This document shows, one piece after another, positions 25,735-32,000 of a DNA stretch of 32,000 bases. The stretch comes from Candidatus Nitrosopumilus koreensis AR1 (lineage in GTDB: Archaea; Thermoproteota; Nitrososphaeria; Nitrososphaerales; Nitrosopumilaceae), in NCBI RefSeq assembly GCF_000299365.1, contig NC_018655.1, positions 240,001-272,000 of the forward strand, written 5' to 3'. The notes below the pieces were generated by a model. The model worked only from the letters and a program-made list of their open reading frames with translations. It was not told the origin of the DNA and searched no databases. The position numbers and the translations under genes are program-made. Numbering within the stretch: the first letter of the stretch is position 1; each line of letters opens with the position of its first letter.

Positions 25735-26649
25735 TTAGATCTCAATACCTGATATTGCGCCTTTGACACTTTCAACTGCTTTGTTAAAGACTTGTTTTTC
25801 TTCATCATTTAGGTCTAATTCAATAATTTTCTCAACACCCTTTTTTCCTATGATTGCTGGAACCCCGATTGTGACATCTGAATGGCCATATTCTCCATCA
25901 AGATATGTTGCCACTGGAATGACTTGTTTTCTGTCCCTTACAACTGATTCAATAATTGCAGAAATTGCATTTCCTGGAGCGTGAACTGTTGCTCCCTTTA
26001 ATTCAATAACTTTTGCTGCGACCTGTTTTGTGTTTTCAACCAATTCATCTAATTTTTCTTTTGGAAGAAATGATGATAGTGGAATTCCTGAAACTGATGA
26101 AAATCTTGGTAGTGGTAACATGTTTTCCCCATGTTCTCCGATTACTAATGCTCTAATGGAATCTCTAGAGTGTCCAGTTGCTTCATGGATAAATTGTCTG
26201 AATCTAGATAAATCAAGCATGCCGCCCATTCCAAATACTCTACTCCTATCAAATCCTGATGTCTTGTATGTGATGTATGCCATTGGATCTAATGGGTTAG
26301 TTACTGGAATAATCATAGAATCATCGGCATATTTTTTGACATTGTCTACTACGCTTTTGACAATTGAAGCGTTAATCTTCAAAAGATCCATGCGAGTCAT
26401 TCCTGGTTTTCGTCCAGAACCTGCAACAACTACTACGATATTGGAACCTTTCATATCTTCAAAATTGTTAGATCCTTTCACTTCAACATCTATTCCTTGC
26501 TCAGAAAGCATATGGTTGATATCCATTGCCTCCCCTTGAGGAAGTCCTTCAGCAACATCTAGTAACAAAATTTGATCATCTAATCGTTTTAATGCAGAAA
26601 ATACTGCAGCGTCTCCGCCTACTTTACCTGAACCAATAATAGTAATCAT
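25735..26649 (-). CDS. mdh: malate dehydrogenase (LDH-like MDH family)
   Basis: '[12 protein letters not shown]' NAD-binding motif, '[13 protein letters not shown]' and '[10 protein letters not shown]' catalytic-loop/His blocks. 304 aa. Confidence 0.88.
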   Translation of the reverse strand: MITIIGSGKVGGDAAVFSALKRLDDQILLLDVAEGLPQGEAMDINHMLSEQGIDVEVKGSNNFEDMKGSNIVVVVAGSGRKPGMTRMDLLKINASIVKSVVDNVKKYADDSMIIPVTNPLDPMAYITYKTSGFDRSRVFGMGGMLDLSRFRQFIHEATGHSRDSIRALVIGEHGENMLPLPRFSSVSGIPLSSFLPKEKLDELVENTKQVAAKVIELKGATVHAPGNAISAIIESVVRDRKQVIPVATYLDGEYGHSDVTIGVPAIIGKKGVEKIIELDLNDEEKQVFNKAVESVKGAISGIEI

Positions 26650-26663
26650 GAATGTCGCTGTTA

Positions 26664-26731
26664 ATTTTCAATAATTAAATCTAATGAAATTTCAAACTGA
26701 TCAGACGAATTTATAAGCATTTTCAATAATT
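26664..26731 (+). promoter_or_regulatory. two perfect copies of ATTTTCAATAATT in the mdh/larC divergent intergenic region
   Basis: Copies at 26664..26676 and 26719..26731. One overlaps the A/T box upstream of mdh and the other lies 8 nt before the larC ATG. A TTTATAA box at 26710..26716 sits ~26 nt upstream of larC. Confidence 0.35.
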
Positions 26732-26738
26732 TTTAATC

Positions 26739-27959
26739 ATGGTTTTAGTAATTGATCCTCAAATCGCAGGAATATCTGGAGATATGTTTCTCTCTTCTTT
26801 GATTGATTTGGGAGCCGATAAAGACAAAGTTATTGATGGGATCAAAAAATCTGAAAAATTTTTCTCAGATTCTGTTATTAGAAAAATTGATTTTCAAAAA
26901 ACCCAAAAACGAGGAATTGAGGCTGTTCAACTAATATTAGAAATTGATGAGCACTTACATGAAAGAAAGGGCTCTGAAATTAAGAAAGCAATCAATGATG
27001 CTACTCAAAATTTACAATTATCTGACAAGGCAAAAACCTTTGCTGATTCTTGCATTAACACCCTAATCTCTTCTGAATCAAAAATTCATGGTGTCTCAGA
27101 AGATTCAGTTCATTTTCATGAGGCATCTAGTATTGATACTTTGGTTGATATTGTTGGAATTACTATTGCTTTAGACGATTTAGGATTATTTGATGAAAAA
27201 ATTATTTCTATGCCTGTCTCTGTTGGTGGGGGTAGTGTGACTTTTTCACATGGTACAATGTCTAATCCTGCAAGTGCAATTCTTGAGATTTTCAAAAACT
27301 CTTATCTAAAAATAAAAGGAAACAATGCTGATGAAGAATTGACAACTCCAACTGGTGCATGTATTTTAGCCAATCTGACAAACACGTCTATGGATTACTA
27401 TCCTTCAATGAAAATTAATTCTATTGGATATGGTGCAGGAAAAAAAGATTTTCAAGAATTTTCTAATGTCTTAAAAATAGTCCAAGGCTCTACAAATAAT
27501 TTGGAAATAGATTCAGTAAAAATTCTTGAGACCAATGTAGATGACATTTCTGGCGAAATTCTTGGAAATCTTATTGAAAAAATTATGCAAAAAGGTGCTC
27601 GAGATGTCTCAATTTATCATGGAATTACAAAAAAAGGAAGACCTACAAATCTTATATCTGTAATATGTGATGATCAAAATATTACTGAAATTGTTGATAC
27701 GCTAATTCTCGAAACTGGAACCTTGGGTATTCGCATATCTGAATCTAATCGATTTATTGTACCTAGAACAAATCATAATGTTTCGTTAACAATTGATGGA
27801 AAATCTTTTGATATACGATACAAAAAATCTTCCTTTAAAGGAAAAACAGATTTCAAAATAGAGTTTGATGATTTGAAACATGTCTCAAGTTCTCTTGAGA
27901 AATCAATCAAAGAAACAGAATCATTACTTCGAAAAGAAATTGAACAACTGGAGAATTAA
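26739..27959 (+). CDS. larC: LarC, nickel insertion protein (pyridinium-3,5-bisthiocarboxylic acid mononucleotide nickel chelatase; DUF111 family)
   Basis: 'IDPQIAGISGDMFLSSLIDLGAD' N-terminus and 'ETNVDDISGEILG' / 'TKKGRP' blocks of the LarC family. It is a single uninterrupted 406-aa ORF. Confidence 0.8.
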   Translation: MVLVIDPQIAGISGDMFLSSLIDLGADKDKVIDGIKKSEKFFSDSVIRKIDFQKTQKRGIEAVQLILEIDEHLHERKGSEIKKAINDATQNLQLSDKAKTFADSCINTLISSESKIHGVSEDSVHFHEASSIDTLVDIVGITIALDDLGLFDEKIISMPVSVGGGSVTFSHGTMSNPASAILEIFKNSYLKIKGNNADEELTTPTGACILANLTNTSMDYYPSMKINSIGYGAGKKDFQEFSNVLKIVQGSTNNLEIDSVKILETNVDDISGEILGNLIEKIMQKGARDVSIYHGITKKGRPTNLISVICDDQNITEIVDTLILETGTLGIRISESNRFIVPRTNHNVSLTIDGKSFDIRYKKSSFKGKTDFKIEFDDLKHVSSSLEKSIKETESLLRKEIEQLEN

Positions 27960-28757
27960 ATGAAAAAACTAGATGAACTCAAACATTGGTTTGCTGATAA
28001 AAATAAAGTAATGATTGCATTGTCAGGTGGTGTGGATAGTGCACTTGTTGCATATGCTGCATATCAAAGACTTGGTGATTCTGCAATCGCAGTAACTGCT
28101 GACTACAAAACCCTTTCACAAGAGGAACTTCAAACAGCCAAACAAGTTTGTTCTGAAATAGGCATAAAGCAAATCCTATTAGATTATGACGAACTTGAAA
28201 ATGAGGAATTTGCAAAAAATGATTCCACCAGATGTTTTCATTGTAGGATTGAATTAGGTGACCATCTCTTAAAATTGGCAAAAGAACAGGGTGTGAATGT
28301 AATTGTTGATGGAACAAATCTAGATGATCTTGGTGAATATAGGCCTGGAATTGAGGCATTGCGCCAAAACGGGATACGAAGCCCTCTTGTTGAAACAAAT
28401 TTCTCAAAATCTCAAATTAGAGAACTTACAAAATCTATTGGACTATCTGTTCATGATAAACCTTCTAACTCTTGTTTGGCTTCAAGAATTCCTTGGGGTC
28501 AAAGAGTAACTGCTGAAAAGTTAGCTAGAATAGAATTTGGTGAAACTGTTGTTAAACAGCTAACAAAAATTAAACAAGTTCGTGTTCGTGATCTAAACGG
28601 TTCTGCAAAAATTGAAGTAGAAAAAAATGATATCTCTGAATTCACTAATGGTGTGTTAGATAAAATTACTGAAAAATTAAAGATGATTGGATTTTCTTCA
28701 GTTGAAGTTGATCAAGAAGGGTATAAACCAGGAAAAATTAATGTGATTGCAGATTGA
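27960..28757 (+). CDS. larE: LarE, ATP-dependent sulfur transferase (PP-loop ATP pyrophosphatase); three-cysteine variant
   Basis: PP-loop 'IALSGGVDSALVA'; 'SNSCLASRIPWG' matches the LarE active-site Cys region; an additional 'CFHC' pair at Cys92/Cys95. The ATG directly abuts the larC stop. Confidence 0.8.
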   Translation: MKKLDELKHWFADKNKVMIALSGGVDSALVAYAAYQRLGDSAIAVTADYKTLSQEELQTAKQVCSEIGIKQILLDYDELENEEFAKNDSTRCFHCRIELGDHLLKLAKEQGVNVIVDGTNLDDLGEYRPGIEALRQNGIRSPLVETNFSKSQIRELTKSIGLSVHDKPSNSCLASRIPWGQRVTAEKLARIEFGETVVKQLTKIKQVRVRDLNGSAKIEVEKNDISEFTNGVLDKITEKLKMIGFSSVEVDQEGYKPGKINVIAD

Positions 28758-29920
28758 TTTATCTTGATAATGCTGCATCAACTCAAATCCATAATGATGT
28801 CTTGGATTCCATGCTTCCATATCTAAAAGAACAATATGGAAACCCTTCTTCTATCCATCGGTATGGTAGGTTGTCTCGTAAGGCAATTGAAAAAGCAAGA
28901 AAACAAATCGCATCTTTAATCAATGCTGATCCTTCTGAAATCCTGATTACCTCTGGTGGTACTGAATCAAACAATACTGCATTGCGAGGAATCACAACAG
29001 GACACTCTTCTGGTCAAATTATAACATCCTCTATTGAACATGACGCAATTTTAGAGCCATGTAAAAAATTGTCTCAGGATGGATTTGATGTTTTTTATCT
29101 TCCTGTTGATAAATTTGGTATGGTTAACCTCTCAGATCTGAAAAATAACATTTCTGAAAAAACTTTGATTGTTTCAATTATGTTTGGGAATAATGAGGTT
29201 GGTACCATTCAACCGATCTCTGAAATTGCTAAAATCTGTCATGAGCGTGGTATAATCTTTCATACTGATGCTGTGCAAGTAGTAGGAAAAATCCCCATAG
29301 ATGTTCATGAATTAGGCGTAGATCTGCTCTCGATCTCATCTCATAAACTCTATGGTCCTAAAGGAATTGGTGCATTGTATATAAAAAAAGACATTTCGAT
29401 TAACCCTATGATTTTGGGTGGTGGTCAGGAACACGGTTTACGCTCTGGTACTGAAAATGTAGCAAATATTGTTGGTTTTGGAAAAGCATGTGATCTTGCA
29501 AAAATAAATCTGTCTGAAAATATTTCTCATATGAAAAAACTTAGAGATACTTTGGTTCAAAATGTGGTCGATCAAATTCCTCAAGTAACTGTTAATGGAC
29601 ATCCGGAATCTCATTTGCCTAACAATGCACATTTTACTTTTCTTGGTGTAAACGGTGAGGACCTAATCATTAAACTTGACGAATATGGTATTGCAGCATC
29701 TACTGGTTCTGCATGTTCTGTGCATACTCAAAAGGCATCTCACGTTCTACAGGCAATGGGATTCTCACATGAACAAATAACTGGATCATTAAGACTAACT
29801 ATGGGAATATTCAATGATCAAAAAGAAATTGAGCAAACAGTTGACATTTTAAAAAATATTGTAGAAGAATTAAGATCCGTGTCTCCATTTAAAGAAAAAT
29901 ACTCTTTTTCAAAAAACTAA
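28754..29920 (+). CDS. cysteine desulfurase (NifS/IscS, class V aminotransferase)
   Basis: 'IYLDNAASTQ' N-terminus, PLP-lysine block 'SSHKLYGPKGIGALY', active-site loop 'STGSACS'. The TTG start overlaps the larE stop (TTGA). Confidence 0.88.
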   Translation: MIYLDNAASTQIHNDVLDSMLPYLKEQYGNPSSIHRYGRLSRKAIEKARKQIASLINADPSEILITSGGTESNNTALRGITTGHSSGQIITSSIEHDAILEPCKKLSQDGFDVFYLPVDKFGMVNLSDLKNNISEKTLIVSIMFGNNEVGTIQPISEIAKICHERGIIFHTDAVQVVGKIPIDVHELGVDLLSISSHKLYGPKGIGALYIKKDISINPMILGGGQEHGLRSGTENVANIVGFGKACDLAKINLSENISHMKKLRDTLVQNVVDQIPQVTVNGHPESHLPNNAHFTFLGVNGEDLIIKLDEYGIAASTGSACSVHTQKASHVLQAMGFSHEQITGSLRLTMGIFNDQKEIEQTVDILKNIVEELRSVSPFKEKYSFSKN

Positions 29921-30720
29921 ATTTTTATCTGAAATTTGGTTCTAGTGAGAATTATTGTTGCCATTATTCCAACTAGTAAAACCATCATCACGATCGTCCC
30001 AAATTCTGGAACAACATATGTGCCAATAATCTCAATGTCTGAATCTCCCTGTTCAAAATTAATTGTAATTACTCTGGAATCTGCATGAACTACTGATTCT
30101 TGATATGCTACCTCTATTCCGTCAATCAAAATGATAAATGTGTCATCTTTCCCATCCTGTTTTTCAGCACCGATGAATTCTCTTGGTAAATCTAGTGTAA
30201 TTACTCCTTCATCCGTAGAATCTACTTGAACTATTAACGCAAAAATATCTGAATCAACTATCATATTTTTAACTGTCCCACCTTTGATTGTGTATTCTAC
30301 ATCAAATGTTCCATGGCTTCCAGCATCAACTTCAAAATTAGTGGTAGTTTCAACTGCTCCTGATTCTGGAGTGTAATTGAATTTCGTCTCTGCCATGTTT
30401 CCGTCCCCATAAAGTACTCTGATTAGATACTCGCCTGCATTATTCCATAATGGACCTTCTGCAAGAATTGTGTGAGAATATGTTCCATCTTGGGCTACTG
30501 TGATTTGTGCAATGTCTACTAGATTCCCTGAAGTAAGTATTTGAAGTGTTACTGGTGTTCCTCCTACAACTGTTTGAACCTTTCCTGATATCACAATTGT
30601 GTCTCCTTCATCATAGTTTTTGTCATCTGTCTGAACAGACACAAATGGTTCTTGAGCAAATGCAAATCCTGTTGAAATTACTAACAAAGAAACTAATCCA
30701 TAAAATATTTTAAAATTCAC
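29917..30720 (-). CDS. secreted two-domain protein with PEFG-type C-terminal sorting signal
   Basis: GTG start; signal peptide 'FYGLVSLLVISTGFAFA|QE'. It ends 'IEIIGTYVVPEFGTIVMMVLLVGIMATIILTRTKFQIKI', i.e. PEFG, a hydrophobic helix and a basic tail. Confidence 0.8.
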   Translation of the reverse strand: MNFKIFYGLVSLLVISTGFAFAQEPFVSVQTDDKNYDEGDTIVISGKVQTVVGGTPVTLQILTSGNLVDIAQITVAQDGTYSHTILAEGPLWNNAGEYLIRVLYGDGNMAETKFNYTPESGAVETTTNFEVDAGSHGTFDVEYTIKGGTVKNMIVDSDIFALIVQVDSTDEGVITLDLPREFIGAEKQDGKDDTFIILIDGIEVAYQESVVHADSRVITINFEQGDSDIEIIGTYVVPEFGTIVMMVLLVGIMATIILTRTKFQIKI

Positions 30721-30766
30721 AAATTTTGAATGTCATGTTTGTATATTTCTTTTACTATCAAAAATG

Positions 30767-30789
30767 AAAAAATGAAAAAAGATGTGATT
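30767..30789 (-). terminator. oligo-T termination signal downstream of the 30790..31677 gene
   Basis: The minus strand after the TAA reads AATCACATC-TTTTTT-CA-TTTTTT-CA-TTTT. Oligo-T tracts are the known archaeal intrinsic termination signal. Confidence 0.4.
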
Positions 30790-30891
30790 TTAGTATCTTG
30801 GCATAATGCTAAGTCTTGATCTTGCAGATACTGCAATTATTGAGATAATTGCTACTGCTAGAATCATGGCTGCAATTGTGCCAAACTCTGG
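30767..30891. repeat. copy A of a 125-bp near-identical repeat covering PEFG signal, stop and 3' flank
   Basis: Base-by-base comparison with 31717..31841 (offset 950) finds 4 mismatches in 125 nt, at 30802, 30820, 30883 and 30886. Identity ends at the PEFG codons. Confidence 0.9.
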
Positions 30892-31677
30892 GATTACAAA
30901 GGTACCAATAATTTCAATTTGTTCGGTTCCTGCTGGGAACATAACTGTTACTTTGTTTCCAACAATCTCGACATCATCCCATTCTTGTCCGTCAACTAAT
31001 ATCATGAAGATACCATCTTGGACTGTCTTTGATGGAGTTACTGTTAAGATTCCATCAGATTCTCTGGCATTGATGTTGATAACAATTGAATTGTCATCTG
31101 TATTGAGAGTTGCACCTGTTACTACTGCTCCTGAAATACTAAATGGTATACAATGACCATCTGCACTAATTTCACTAGCACCACATTGTTTGGATGATGT
31201 TGGTGTTTGGTAGCCTGGTGAGTATGCAACACCACCAGTTAATTCAACTTTGACACTGTTTTTCTTATCGGCACTGCCATAGTTTGCCTTAATGGTGTAG
31301 GTACCGTCGTATTTCCACATTGCACCTGCTGTGTTTAATGTTGTCTCAAAACTGCCATCATCTGCTACAGTGATTTGATCAACTGTGACGATAGAGTTTA
31401 GGGGATTCACAACAGTAATTGTAACTGGATATCCCGATGCTACATTTGCTACTTGCCCTTCTACCATAATCATGTCACTATGTTCATATGTTTTCTTATC
31501 TGTCCAAACAGATATTGGAATGTCTTTGAGCAACATCATGTTTGATGTTTCTCTTGCATTCTCCATAGTACATCCAACACATGCTTGTGGAATTTCATCC
31601 GCATATGCTGATGACACGGTTAAGGTACCGACTGCAGTCAAAACGGCTAGTAGCGCGAACGACGTACGATTGTTCAT
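30790..31677 (-). CDS. secreted two-domain protein with PEFG-type C-terminal sorting signal
   Basis: Signal peptide 'SFALLAVLTAVGTLTVSSAYA|DE', a 'CVGC' pair and the Cys-loop 'CGASEISADGHC'. It ends 'IEIIGTFVIPEFGTIAAMILAVAIISIIAVSARSRLSIMPRY'. Confidence 0.85.
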   Translation of the reverse strand: MNNRTSFALLAVLTAVGTLTVSSAYADEIPQACVGCTMENARETSNMMLLKDIPISVWTDKKTYEHSDMIMVEGQVANVASGYPVTITVVNPLNSIVTVDQITVADDGSFETTLNTAGAMWKYDGTYTIKANYGSADKKNSVKVELTGGVAYSPGYQTPTSSKQCGASEISADGHCIPFSISGAVVTGATLNTDDNSIVININARESDGILTVTPSKTVQDGIFMILVDGQEWDDVEIVGNKVTVMFPAGTEQIEIIGTFVIPEFGTIAAMILAVAIISIIAVSARSRLSIMPRY

Positions 31678-31716
31678 CTTGTTGCGAATTGAACCTGTCT
31701 CTATTTATGTATATTT

Positions 31717-31739
31717 AAAAAATGAAAAAAGATGTGATT
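31717..31739 (-). terminator. oligo-T termination signal downstream of the 31740.. gene, running into the next gene's TATA-like box
   Basis: The minus strand after the TAA reads AATCACATC-TTTTTT-CA-TTTTTT-AAATAT. The TTTAAATAT part lies ~35 nt upstream of ATG 31677. Confidence 0.4.
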
Positions 31740-31841
31740 TTAGTATCTTGGTATAATGCTAAGTCTTGACCTTGCAGATACTGCAATTATTGAGATAATT
31801 GCTACTGCTAGAATCATGGCTGCAATTGTGCCGAATTCTGG
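31717..31841. repeat. copy B of the 125-bp near-identical repeat
   Basis: See copy A. This copy covers the last 34 codons, the stop and 23 nt of 3' flank of the 31740.. gene. Confidence 0.9.
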
Positions 31842-32000
31842 CACTACGACTCCGTCTTTAATCTCTACTTCAGTTGAAGCAGTATATTTTGGATCGTCAA
31901 ATTGTTTTGCAGTTACAGTATAGAAACCATCTTGTTTCCATAGAGGACCACTTGTGTTGAATGTGGTGCTGAATTCACCATTTAGCATTGGCGATACTTG
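31740..32000 (-). CDS. PEFG-type C-terminal sorting-signal protein, C-terminal part; the 5' end lies beyond the right edge
   Basis: The frame stays open to base 32000 (QVSP upstream of the ORF-track Met). It contains 'FNTSGPLWKQDGFYTVTA' from the shared domain and ends 'VVPEFGTIAAMILAVAIISIIAVSARSRLSIIPRY'. Confidence 0.8.
   Translation of the reverse strand, partial: QVSPMLNGEFSTTFNTSGPLWKQDGFYTVTAKQFDDPKYTASTEVEIKDGVVVPEFGTIAAMILAVAIISIIAVSARSRLSIIPRY

Noticed and set aside
26739-27959. larC requiring a programmed frameshift (larC1/larC2, as in Lactobacillus plantarum)
   Set aside because: Here LarC is a single uninterrupted 406-aa ORF covering both parts.

Overview
AT-rich archaeal chromosome segment. 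Archaeal-type ribosomal proteins, RpoN, isopentenyl phosphate kinase and three proteins ending in a PEFG-type C-terminal sorting signal suggest a Nitrosopumilus-like ammonia-oxidising thaumarchaeon; this is inferred from gene content, no search was run. Layout: (a) 1-13.8 kb is housekeeping: FAH-family gene, GluRS, a co-directional rpoN-eno-rps2-mvk-ipk-idi-GGPP synthase string, tRNA-Leu(GAG), translin-like protein, nnrE-MBL hydrolase-cobT-like operon, glmS, rps13-rps4. (b) 13.8-18.6 kb is a metal-homeostasis island: an unannotated 50-aa Cys-rich ORF divergent from an ArsR-like regulator, a two-domain multicopper oxidase overlapping a ZIP importer, and a convergent CDF exporter with three tandem cytoplasmic domains. 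(c) 18.6-23.3 kb and 29.9-32.0 kb encode secreted proteins that share one ~80-aa domain but use three different C-terminal anchors. (d) 23.3-29.9 kb holds a B12-domain radical SAM gene and a nickel-pincer cofactor set (larB, larC, larE plus a coupled cysteine desulfurase) with malate dehydrogenase inserted and no larA in the window. GluRS and the MBL hydrolase are each broken by a 1-nt frame change in a poly-A run, most simply homopolymer sequencing error. The IDI1-type isomerase has Ala at the catalytic Cys position. No CRISPR array, transposase, integrase or rRNA was seen.
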